Below, piece by piece: positions 42,831-51,477 of a stretch of 64,000 bases of DNA. The position numbers were made by a program, and so were the translations under genes. This stretch comes from Synergistota bacterium (GTDB taxonomy: Bacteria > Synergistota > GBS-1): assembly GCA_021159885.1 (NCBI GenBank), contig JAGHDO010000057.1:1418-65417 (forward strand), written 5' to 3'. The notes beneath the pieces were generated by a model. That model did not search any database. It was not told the origin of the DNA and saw only the letters and a list, made by a program, of their open reading frames with translations. Within the stretch, counting starts at the first letter, position 1; every line of letters starts with the position of its first letter.

Positions 42831-43582
42831 GGGGAGAACACCTGCTAAGACTTTTGTCGTTCTTAGCATTTGGGATAGTGATGGTTGCGGTTACTGCTTC
42901 TGCTTTTTCACTTCCTCTTCCCCCTTCGAATCTCGAGGCGGAAATAGTTTCTCCAACTCATATTAGACTTACTTGGTGGGATAATTCTACGGATGAAGAT
43001 GGATTCTTAATAGAGAGGAAAACATCTTCAAGTAGCTGGAAGCAAATGGGTTATACACCTCCTGATGTTAATGTTTATAACGATGAGGGCTTAACCCCTG
43101 GGGAAACATATTATTACAGGATAAGAGCTTATGAGGATACCTATTATACCGATTATTGTGAGCTCTCTCAGCCTGTGACTACCATAGGCTTTCCTGATCC
43201 GCCAACTGATCTCAGTGGTAAGGCACTTTCTTCCTCGGAAATAGAGCTTACTTGGGAAGATAGATCTGATAATGAGCTTGGTTTTATAGTCGAGAGAAAA
43301 TGGGGAAGAAACTGGATAGAGGTTGATGTACTTCCTCCCAATATGGAAAGTTTCATCGATACAGGACTCTCGGAATATACGAAATATACCTATAGGGTTT
43401 TGGCTTTCAATCAAGCGGGGAGAACTTCGTCAAATGAGGTGGAGGTCAGAACGCTTCCATCAGGAGGGGAGGTTATCTTAAGCGCTGGCTGTGCGCTTGG
43501 CGAGGGTAGTCTCGGGGTGGTACTTCTGTTTCCGATTATAGCTTTAGCTACTATTAGCTTGGGGAGATGGATCAAAAGATGA
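42827..43582 (+). CDS. Surface protein with two fibronectin type III domains and a Cys-containing C-terminal sorting-type tail
   Basis: The 251-aa ORF has a signal peptide and two FN3 repeats (LTWWDNSTDEDGFLIERK; ELTWEDRSDNELGFIVERK). The tail is SGGEVILSAGCALGEGSLGVVLLFPIIALATISLGRWIKR, a motif followed by a transmembrane helix and basic C-terminal residues. Confidence 0.75.
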   Translation: MRGEHLLRLLSFLAFGIVMVAVTASAFSLPLPPSNLEAEIVSPTHIRLTWWDNSTDEDGFLIERKTSSSSWKQMGYTPPDVNVYNDEGLTPGETYYYRIRAYEDTYYTDYCELSQPVTTIGFPDPPTDLSGKALSSSEIELTWEDRSDNELGFIVERKWGRNWIEVDVLPPNMESFIDTGLSEYTKYTYRVLAFNQAGRTSSNEVEVRTLPSGGEVILSAGCALGEGSLGVVLLFPIIALATISLGRWIKR

Positions 43583-45492
43583 GGTTGTTTTTAGCTATAC
43601 TCTTTTTGTTTATTATGACCAGTGCTGCGGTTGCAGATACATGGACCGTCATGATATATATGAATGCTGATAATAACTTGGAAGAGTATGCTATTTCCGA
43701 TTTTCTTGAGATGACCTCTGCTCCTCTTGGAGAGAATTCTAATCTTACGTTGGTCGTTCAATTTGATAGGGTTCCGGGATATGCGACCTCGGGTGATAAT
43801 TATGACGATTGGACGGGAACGTACAGGTTCGTTTTAACGCAAGGTATGACTCCTTTTTCTACTAATGCTGTTTCCTTTTTAGGGGAGGTAAACATGGGTT
43901 GTTCAGAAGCCCTTATAGACTTCGTTTCATGGGCTGAAGATAATTACCCTGCAGATCACTATGCTCTCGTACTTTGGAATCATGGAGATGGTTGGAGAGC
44001 AAGGAATCTTAGGGTTTCGTGGAAAAGCGCTGGGTACGATGAAACGAGCGACGATTATCTTTATATAGATGAGCTTCAAACCGCTCTCAGGATATTAAAA
44101 AATAGAGGTTATGAGATAGATCTTATTGGATTTGATGAGTGTCTAATGGCGATGGTTGAGGTTGCCTACGAGATTAGAAACTACGCTTCTTTTATGGTGG
44201 CCTCGGAGGAGGTGGAACCAGGAGAGGGATGGAAGTACGACGTTTTCTTAGCTGATCTCGCTAATGCGCTTGATAGTGGGGTAAGCGTTTCTCCCGAATA
44301 TCTGGGCAAGATGATAATAAATAGCTATATGGAGACGAGTGGAGCTACGCTTTCTCTTATAGATCTTGGAAGGATGGACGATATAGCTTCTCTCCTCAAG
44401 GAGCTTTCTTCTGCTCTGATAGAAAAGGTCCCGCTTGCAAGAGTTTCAAGGGCAAAGGCGACTTCCTTTTACCTCCCATCTGTGATAGATCTTTACTCTT
44501 TTTGTGCCTTTCTTGCTGGTTGGAGAACATCTGTTTCAGAACTTGCCTCTTCCTTATGCGATGCGATTAAAAGTGCCGTCCGAGAAAATTATTCAGCTTA
44601 TGGAAATGCTAATGGATTGAGCATATTTTTCCCAGATAGAGGAGAGGGGTCTTATGATAGATTTTATGATGATGGGAGACATGATTTTGCGAATTTCACG
44701 GGATGGGGAGACTTCTTGAAAGCCTATCTTAAAGAAACAAGAGATGTGGAAGAAATTAAGTGGGGGGACATGGAAATAGATGGAGTTTTGAGCGATTCTG
44801 ACATAGCAGGAGCTCTTGTTCTGCCTCCAGAGGACCTTTCAACTTCAGCCACGTCCTCGATTTCTGTTTATTTAAAGAACGATCAGGAATATCTTTATAT
44901 AGGTATCAGGAGCTATAATGACGAGAGCCTTGATATAGGAGATTCTCTGATAGTTTATCTTGATTCTAACGATGATGGTTCCTTTCCTTCAACGAGAGAC
45001 ACTGATGAAGGGGAGCTTAGGGTATTTTACGATGGGAGTCAATGGGTGGCTTACTTTTATCCGTTATGGTATGACTATTCTCAATATAGAGTTAGATCTC
45101 TCGATGCGGTTTTCTGTCCTGAGGTTGAAGCGGAAGGGGAATTAAGCGAGGATGGCTTCCTTGAGATGGAGGTAAAGATACCTCTGGGTACAGGAAGATT
45201 TCCTTTTAAGGCGGGATCTGAGATAGGATATTATCTCCAGGTCTATGACGGTGGAGAGGATGCGTTTGTTGGAGAATATCCCTTCCTTAACTTTTCTGAT
45301 ACTGCAAGCCTTGAGCCTTTAATGTATGGAGCTCTGAAGCTTGAGAAAAGCGGTGGTGGAGGAGGCGGCGGAGACGAGTTTATCGCATCGGCTGGTTGCT
45401 CGTCTGTTGAAGGAGGAAGCTTCCTTTACTTTGCTCCAATGCTTGTGGGATGGCTTCTGATACTGGAGGTGAGAAAAAAGTGGGAAGATTAA
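43567..45492 (+). CDS. Clostripain-family (MEROPS C11) cysteine peptidase with a C-terminal beta-rich domain, Gly7 linker and the same C-terminal tail
   Basis: The 641-aa ORF has a signal peptide and the C11 hallmark TWTVMIYMNADNNLE. A His/Cys dyad context is present (LWNHGDGW; IGFDECLMA). The tail is SGGGGGGGDEFIASAGCSSVEGGSFLYFAPMLVGWLLILEVRKKWED. Confidence 0.8.
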   Translation: MDQKMRLFLAILFLFIMTSAAVADTWTVMIYMNADNNLEEYAISDFLEMTSAPLGENSNLTLVVQFDRVPGYATSGDNYDDWTGTYRFVLTQGMTPFSTNAVSFLGEVNMGCSEALIDFVSWAEDNYPADHYALVLWNHGDGWRARNLRVSWKSAGYDETSDDYLYIDELQTALRILKNRGYEIDLIGFDECLMAMVEVAYEIRNYASFMVASEEVEPGEGWKYDVFLADLANALDSGVSVSPEYLGKMIINSYMETSGATLSLIDLGRMDDIASLLKELSSALIEKVPLARVSRAKATSFYLPSVIDLYSFCAFLAGWRTSVSELASSLCDAIKSAVRENYSAYGNANGLSIFFPDRGEGSYDRFYDDGRHDFANFTGWGDFLKAYLKETRDVEEIKWGDMEIDGVLSDSDIAGALVLPPEDLSTSATSSISVYLKNDQEYLYIGIRSYNDESLDIGDSLIVYLDSNDDGSFPSTRDTDEGELRVFYDGSQWVAYFYPLWYDYSQYRVRSLDAVFCPEVEAEGELSEDGFLEMEVKIPLGTGRFPFKAGSEIGYYLQVYDGGEDAFVGEYPFLNFSDTASLEPLMYGALKLEKSGGGGGGGDEFIASAGCSSVEGGSFLYFAPMLVGWLLILEVRKKWED

Positions 45493-46607
45493 GATCACTT
45501 ATCTTTATTTTCATCGCTCTTCTTTCTTTATCAACGCTATTATGCGGTTGTGGAGAGGGAGGAGGAAGTCCGTCAAGTCATATGCCTAAATGGACGATAA
45601 TGGTCTTCATGAACGATGCTACTTTAGCCTCTCGAGAATTAGCAGGTATAGATCTCTATGAGATGAGGCAAATAGGCTCAACGGATGATGTTAAAATACT
45701 TGTGCAACGCTGTTCTGAAACCGGCAGTGGAATGGTTCGCTATCTTGTCGAGAAGGGGAATATGGAACTTCTTGGGACTCTTTCGGATGCTTCACCTACC
45801 TCTTCAGATGCTCTTGCGTCTTTTGCTAATTGGTGCTTTGAAAACTATCCGGCTGAAAAATATCTCTTGATTCTTTGGAGTAGGGATGAGGATAACTCGT
45901 GGGATGGTTTAGTTAGCTGCCTTAATCTTTCTAAGGCTCTTTCTTCCTTTACGGAGAATGTAGATCTGCTCGTTTTAGACTCATCGGTTAAAGCAGAGCT
46001 TGAGCTTTTGGATGAGCTTAAGGGAAATGTGTCTGTAGTTGTGGCTCTTCAGGGTGCCATGCCCGATGATGGCTTTAACTATGAGAATATCTTTCAGAAA
46101 GTAGTTGCAAATCCTCATCATACCGCATTGGAAGTTTCGGGAAGTTTCGTTGAAGATTTTAAAAATCTCTATCAGGGGAGAAACGATGTGGCGATATCGG
46201 TTATCGATATAGCTAAGGTAGCGGATGTTGTAGGCTATCTTAATGACCTTGGTAGTGATCTTCTTAACTTTTCGGATACTTCTGCTCTCTGGGGGATTGT
46301 TCTTCAAACACAGTCTTATTTCATAACGCCTGGTGAGGAGGCTTCTTTCAGAGATCTTTATGATTTTTGCGAGAGGCTCGGAGCTTTGGATTTAAGCGAT
46401 TCTACCAAGGAGACGATAGAGAATCTAAAAAAATCGATAGAGGATATGGTCAAAAATGAATGGCATGTCTCAGATGGTATAGTTTCTGGATCTCGCGGCG
46501 TTTCACTCTATATATATACTCTTGGAAGTAGGGAAAGCGCCTATAGCGGTTTCACGATAGCTACGGATGCCTCAGATTGGTATGAGTTTGTTAAATCAAG
46601 ATTTTAA
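45480..46607 (+). CDS. Catalytically inactive C11-peptidase paralog with a lipoprotein-type signal
   Basis: Start is a GTG 8 nt after a GGAGGTGA RBS. The signal VGRLRSLIFIFIALLSLSTLLCGC is followed by KWTIMVFMND, which is homologous to the active paralog. The His position reads LWSRDED and the Cys position reads LDSS, so both catalytic residues are replaced. Confidence 0.7.
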   Translation: MGRLRSLIFIFIALLSLSTLLCGCGEGGGSPSSHMPKWTIMVFMNDATLASRELAGIDLYEMRQIGSTDDVKILVQRCSETGSGMVRYLVEKGNMELLGTLSDASPTSSDALASFANWCFENYPAEKYLLILWSRDEDNSWDGLVSCLNLSKALSSFTENVDLLVLDSSVKAELELLDELKGNVSVVVALQGAMPDDGFNYENIFQKVVANPHHTALEVSGSFVEDFKNLYQGRNDVAISVIDIAKVADVVGYLNDLGSDLLNFSDTSALWGIVLQTQSYFITPGEEASFRDLYDFCERLGALDLSDSTKETIENLKKSIEDMVKNEWHVSDGIVSGSRGVSLYIYTLGSRESAYSGFTIATDASDWYEFVKSRF

Positions 46608-46631
46608 AGAGCTGGCGGGGGTGATTTTCTC

Positions 46632-47663
46632 GTGGGAATTAACGTTGCTTTAATAGGCTGTGGGAACGTTGGTCAAGGTTTTTTAAGTCTATTGGTTGAG
46701 AAAAAGAGCGAGCTTGAGAAAGAGGGATTGAGGATCAATGTTGTAGCAGTTTGTGATAAGCTTAGGGGCTCTGTTTACGACCCTGAGGGACTAAATGTGG
46801 TTAAGGTTCTTGAACTTGCATCTAAGTCCGAAATATCATCTTATCCTGGGGGAATAAAAGATCTCGACCCTGTATCTACCATAACTAAAACCAATGCCAA
46901 TGTGGTTCTTGAGGCTACATGGACCGAGCTTAAAACGGGGGAGCCTGCTTTTACCCACATGAGGGAAGCTCTCGAGGCCCAAAAGCACGTTATAACCACC
47001 AATAAGGGGCCTATCCTTCTGCGCCTGGGAGAGCTTCTCAGACTTGCTGAGGCTAACGGTGTCGAGATAAGGTTTGAAGGGGTTGTCCTTTCAGGTACTC
47101 CAGTATTTAATCTGATTAGGGAGTGCTTGCCTGGTAGTGAGATAGTTTCCTTTAGAGGGATACTTAATGGGACTACCAATTACATCTTGACGAAAATGGA
47201 GGATGGGCTCAGTTTTGAGGAAGCTCTTAAAGAAGCTCAGAGACTTGGTTATGCTGAAGCGGATCCAACAATGGATGTTGAGGGATGGGATGCGGCAGCC
47301 AAAGCGCTTATAATGGCTAACGTCTTTATGGGAGCTAACCTGAAACTCGATGAGATAGAGTGTGAGGGTATAACATCGCTTAAGGTTGAGGATATCAAAG
47401 GAGCTCTAAGAGAGGGAGCGAGATATAAGCTTATAGCTAAAGGATATAGAGATGGCGGAAGCGTTCGGGTTAAGGTTTCTCCTGAGAAGGTTCCTTTAAC
47501 TGATCCTCTGGCTAACATTTTGGGAACGCTAAATGCGGTTACATTTTCAACCGATACTGTGGGAGAGATTACCATAGTGGGTAGGGGAGCTGGTGGCAGA
47601 GAAGCTGGATATGCCCTCTTTTCAGACCTTGTTTCCCTTGCGAGGAAACTCTCAAGAGGATGA
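46632..47663 (+). CDS. hom: Homoserine dehydrogenase (no ACT domain)
   Basis: The 343-aa ORF has a GTG start. It has an NAD-binding GCGNVGQG motif and Hom catalytic-domain motifs. Confidence 0.85.
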   Translation: MGINVALIGCGNVGQGFLSLLVEKKSELEKEGLRINVVAVCDKLRGSVYDPEGLNVVKVLELASKSEISSYPGGIKDLDPVSTITKTNANVVLEATWTELKTGEPAFTHMREALEAQKHVITTNKGPILLRLGELLRLAEANGVEIRFEGVVLSGTPVFNLIRECLPGSEIVSFRGILNGTTNYILTKMEDGLSFEEALKEAQRLGYAEADPTMDVEGWDAAAKALIMANVFMGANLKLDEIECEGITSLKVEDIKGALREGARYKLIAKGYRDGGSVRVKVSPEKVPLTDPLANILGTLNAVTFSTDTVGEITIVGRGAGGREAGYALFSDLVSLARKLSRG

Positions 47664-48184
47664 GAAAGCATCTTATATTAACTGGTCCTCCGGGCGTTGG
47701 TAAAACTACCCTTCTTAAGAAGCTTATGGAAGGGGTTTCAGATGCCCGTGGTTTTTTCACCGAAGAAATAAGGGAAGGGGGAAGAAGGCGGGGATTTAAG
47801 CTTATAACTCTCTCCGGAAGGGAATGTGTTCTCGCGCATGAATCGCTTTCTTCCCCTTATAGGGTTGGAAAATATGGTGTTAACCTAAGTGATTTTGAGA
47901 AAATTGGCGTTGGGGAGATAGAGAAAGGCCTCTCTGAGGGAGCTTCAATTATAGTCATAGATGAAATAGGTAAGATGGAGCTTTTCTCAAGGAGATTTGA
48001 GAAAGCTCTATTAAAAGCGCTTGATTCCTTGAGAGTCGTAGCCACGATGGGGAGGATAAACCATCCTGTAGTAAAAAGAATCAGAGCAAGGAAGGATGTC
48101 GAGATTATAGAGGTTAGGCTGGATAATAGAAGTATTTTAGCTCACCAGCTTAGGATTTTCCAAAGTTCGTCTCCCTCTGAATAA
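47660..48184 (+). CDS. Nucleoside-triphosphatase (THEP1/NTPase_1 family)
   Basis: The 174-aa ORF has a Walker A motif (GPPGVGKTT) and a Walker B-like IVIDEIGKME. Confidence 0.75.
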   Translation: MRKHLILTGPPGVGKTTLLKKLMEGVSDARGFFTEEIREGGRRRGFKLITLSGRECVLAHESLSSPYRVGKYGVNLSDFEKIGVGEIEKGLSEGASIIVIDEIGKMELFSRRFEKALLKALDSLRVVATMGRINHPVVKRIRARKDVEIIEVRLDNRSILAHQLRIFQSSSPSE

Positions 48185-49098
48185 GGTAGGTTCCCCTCTC
48201 CTTCTACGAAGGTTCCTACGATCTTAGCTTCTATACCGCGGGCGTTTAGGGAAGATATGGCTATTTCTACATCGGATTCCGGAATGACCGCTAAAAGGGC
48301 TCCCGATCCAATTAGCTTCAAAGGATCTATATTAAGTGCGTCGCACACCTTTTTTACTATTTCGGGAATGGGAATTTCATTAAGATGAGCTTCTATGCTT
48401 AACCCGCTTCTTATCTGGAGTTCGTTTAATCCTCCCAAGACTCCTCCTTCCGTTGGATCGTGCATAAATATAGCCCACTTTCTTAGGATTTTTGCCTCTT
48501 TTACTACGGATATCTCTTCCTTTAAGGAAATAGCTTTCTCAATCTCTTGTTGCGATAGCCTTTTTTCAAGAAAGCTTCTTTTCGCTCGTGCGAGTATAGA
48601 AGTTCCTTCTATTCCTGCTCCCTTGGTTAGTATTATCTTATCCCCTGGTTTTATATTCTTGGCGGATAGCACCCTATCTGCGAAGCCAAACATCGTTCCG
48701 GAGAGTATAAGATGTTTGAATTTCCTTGTTATTTCTGTGTGTCCTCCAACGAGACTGGCTCCTATTTTCCTGCACTCTCTGTCTATCTCCTTCATGAGAG
48801 TTTCAAGATCTTCCTCTTCCCAGCTTTCCGGAACTATTATAGTAGTGGTGAAAAAGGATGGATCTGCTCCCTTTGATGCAACGTCATTAGCGTTTATATG
48901 GACGAGGTAAAACCCTGGTTCCTCGTCGGCTCCAACTATAGGGTCCGATGATACTACGAGGTATTTTTTCCCTTCAACGTTGATAACAGCGGCGTCTTCT
49001 CCCACCGCTGGACCAAGCTCTACGCGGGGATTAGGTGCTCCAAGGTAGGGGAAAACGAGCTTTTCCATCATATGAGGGGGAAGCTTACCCAGTTCCAT
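48142..49098 (-). CDS. AIR synthase-related (PurM-like) protein; exact start uncertain
   Basis: It has a PurM N-domain (GEDAAVINV...VVSSDPIVG) and a C-domain. The ORF is open to 49197, but internal Met codons at 49098 or 49071 are more likely starts because they avoid the overlap with queH. Confidence 0.6.
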   Translation of the reverse strand: MELGKLPPHMMEKLVFPYLGAPNPRVELGPAVGEDAAVINVEGKKYLVVSSDPIVGADEEPGFYLVHINANDVASKGADPSFFTTTIIVPESWEEEDLETLMKEIDRECRKIGASLVGGHTEITRKFKHLILSGTMFGFADRVLSAKNIKPGDKIILTKGAGIEGTSILARAKRSFLEKRLSQQEIEKAISLKEEISVVKEAKILRKWAIFMHDPTEGGVLGGLNELQIRSGLSIEAHLNEIPIPEIVKKVCDALNIDPLKLIGSGALLAVIPESDVEIAISSLNARGIEAKIVGTFVEGEGNLPYSEGDELWKILSW

Positions 49099-49675
49099 TA
49101 CTTCCTTCCTCCTTTCTAATACTAAATATGCAACCGCAATAGTTTTGCCTGTATAGATTTGATTTTTTGCTGAGCTCAACACTCTTTTTAAAACCATTCT
49201 TTTTCCTGAAAATTCTTTCGATAAATTTTAAACCGGTTTTCTCGGCTATCTCTTTTCCCAATGAGTTTATCAGCACTACATCTTTATGGGGGCTTATCGT
49301 TAGTGTCGTTGTGAAGGCTTCTATTCCAAGCTCTTTGGCTTTTAAAGCGGTTCTCTCAAGCTGTAGACGAAAGCATTTTTCACATCTTTTACCACCTTCG
49401 GGTTCTTTCTCAAGGCCTTTCATTTCTTTGACCCAGCTTTCCGGGTCATACCTCTCAAATATCACTGTGAATTTCCACTCCCTGGAGAGCTTAACGAGTG
49501 CTTCTTTTCTCCTTTCATACTCCTCTATTGGATGAATATTGGATCCATAGAAGTATCCTATAATGGTTTCGAACTCCTTTGATAGCTCTAAGAATGGATA
49601 TGTAGCATCTGGGGCACAACATATATGAAGCAATACTTTAGATTTCCTTTTCATCTCGCTTAACAAGCGTAGCAA
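49085..49675 (-). CDS. queH: Epoxyqueuosine reductase QueH (DUF208)
   Basis: The 196-aa ORF has LLHICCAPDA and the C-terminal CxxC...CGC cluster. Confidence 0.8.
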   Translation of the reverse strand: MLRLLSEMKRKSKVLLHICCAPDATYPFLELSKEFETIIGYFYGSNIHPIEEYERRKEALVKLSREWKFTVIFERYDPESWVKEMKGLEKEPEGGKRCEKCFRLQLERTALKAKELGIEAFTTTLTISPHKDVVLINSLGKEIAEKTGLKFIERIFRKKNGFKKSVELSKKSNLYRQNYCGCIFSIRKEEGSNGTG

Positions 49676-50417
49676 AGATTAAAAAGCCGGTATGGGCTAT
49701 CATGTTGTCTTCTGGTCTTATTCTTCCAGGGAAGGGGCGAATATCACGCTTAAGCAGCTCTAAGGATCTTATCCAGGTGAATCCGTTATCTTTCAGAGCT
49801 TCCGTTAGCTTTTCCAGCTGATTATAAGTTGGGCAGATGGCTCCAAAGTGTCTTCCCGGAAGTAGAGCTTTTCTGACGTGCCTTAGATAGTCCCAAGGAT
49901 TCGGCAGATCAAGGAATATCGCATCTACTCCTTCCTCATCGAATCCCTCTTCTATGTCTCTGATCTTTATTTCCACCCTATCTATTACCCCCCATTTTCT
50001 AAGGTTTTCCTCGGCAAGGTTAGCGAATGACCTTCTTCTTTCATATGAGAAAACCTTTCCGTTTTCTCCAACGAAATGGGCTAATATCGTTGTCAGTGAA
50101 CCGCTACCAGATCCGCACTCTATAACTCTGGCTCCGGGGAATATGTCAAGGTACATAAGTATATATCCCGCTTCTTTTGGAAAGATTATCTGAGTTTGAC
50201 GTTTTATTCTTCTTGTGAACTCTCCGATGGGAGGTTTTATCAAAAAGAACTTTTCTCCCTTGTGTGTCTTGATAAAATCGCCATATTCCTTATTTAGAGC
50301 ATCACTTAAGTTTATTTCTCCAAGGTGGGTTGAGAACTTTCTCTTACTCAACCTCGTTAAAAAGGATGCTCCCGATTCCGAAAGTAATAGAACCAGATCC
50401 TTCTCCTTAAGTTTCAT
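49638..50417 (-). CDS. trmI: tRNA (adenine-N1)-methyltransferase (TrmI/Gcd14 family)
   Basis: The 259-aa ORF has a SAM-binding VIECGSGSGSLT motif and a TrmI-like N-terminal beta domain. Confidence 0.8.
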   Translation of the reverse strand: MKLKEKDLVLLLSESGASFLTRLSKRKFSTHLGEINLSDALNKEYGDFIKTHKGEKFFLIKPPIGEFTRRIKRQTQIIFPKEAGYILMYLDIFPGARVIECGSGSGSLTTILAHFVGENGKVFSYERRRSFANLAEENLRKWGVIDRVEIKIRDIEEGFDEEGVDAIFLDLPNPWDYLRHVRKALLPGRHFGAICPTYNQLEKLTEALKDNGFTWIRSLELLKRDIRPFPGRIRPEDNMIAHTGFLIFATLVKRDEKEI

Positions 50418-51367
50418 TTTTTACCTCCCTCTGTTGGTATGGATAAGAAAACTCCTCGGCTATAAAACGTCGTTTTATTCCTGCCTTTCTTCTTCGAAAT
50501 GTAGAGCGCTTCATCAGCTAATTTTATCATATCTTCTTTATCCCTTATGGTTTCCTCAGGATAAGAGCAAATTCCAAAGCTCATGGTTATAGTGATAACC
50601 TTTCCATTCCCTGGTACTAGAATCTGACTTTGGCTTATTTTACTGCGTAGCCTTTCCGCCGTGGTTATCGCCCCATCTAAGCTCGTATTTGGCAAGATGA
50701 TCATAAATTCCTCACCGCCATATCTTCCTGCGATGTCCGCTTCTCTAATGTTCTCTCTTATAAGGCTTGCAGCTTTTTTAAGAACCTCATCTCCTGCTAA
50801 ATGTCCATAAGCATCATTGATGCTTTTAAAGTGGTCGAGGTCCGAGATTATCACAGACATAGGGGTTTTATATCTTTTGCTTTTTTTAAACTCCATTTCT
50901 AAGCTCGTCATGGCGTGTCTCCTATTATATAGCTTCGTTAGTTCATCCGTTATGGACATTTCCAATAACTTTTGGTTCATTTCTCTCAATCTATCATATA
51001 GCTTTTTTGTTCTCAAAGCAGCCTTTACACGAGCAGTGAGCTCTACCTCATCGAAAGGTTTTCTTATATAGTCTATGGCTCCCTTCTCGAGGGCTTCCTT
51101 TAGATACCTCTTATCTGTTGCAGATGTGATTATTATTACCGGAAGCCATCCCCTCTCGAGCTTTATTATCTGCTTGATAATGTTTACACCTATGGTGTCT
51201 GGTAGAAACATGTCGAGTATAACCAAATCGTACTCAGCTTCAGCCGTCTTCTGCACAGCCTCGCTTCCGCTTGAGGCTTCCTCTATCTGAGATCTTAGCT
51301 CTCTTTCCAAGATATTTCTAAGCAGGGCTCGTATCAGCTTGCTGTCATCTACTACGAGGATTTTCAC
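50414..51367 (-). CDS. Response regulator diguanylate cyclase (REC + GGDEF)
   Basis: The 317-aa ORF has a REC domain with a phospho-acceptor Asp (LVILDMF) and a GGDEF domain (RYGGEEF). Confidence 0.85.
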   Translation of the reverse strand: MKILVVDDSKLIRALLRNILERELRSQIEEASSGSEAVQKTAEAEYDLVILDMFLPDTIGVNIIKQIIKLERGWLPVIIITSATDKRYLKEALEKGAIDYIRKPFDEVELTARVKAALRTKKLYDRLREMNQKLLEMSITDELTKLYNRRHAMTSLEMEFKKSKRYKTPMSVIISDLDHFKSINDAYGHLAGDEVLKKAASLIRENIREADIAGRYGGEEFMIILPNTSLDGAITTAERLRSKISQSQILVPGNGKVITITMSFGICSYPEETIRDKEDMIKLADEALYISKKKGRNKTTFYSRGVFLSIPTEGGKK

Positions 51368-51477
51368 TCCTACAGTATCACTCCTTCCAGGAAAAAAATC
51401 ACATTAAAAATTATCACACACATCTCTTGATTAGGCAACACCTTTGGCCTTAGGGTATAAAAGCGTGTGATAAAAGC

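Noticed and set aside
44960-45145. 61-aa plus-strand ORF inside the C11 peptidase gene in another frame
   Set aside because: It is fully embedded in the 641-aa peptidase CDS on the same strand with no independent signals, so it is a frame artefact.
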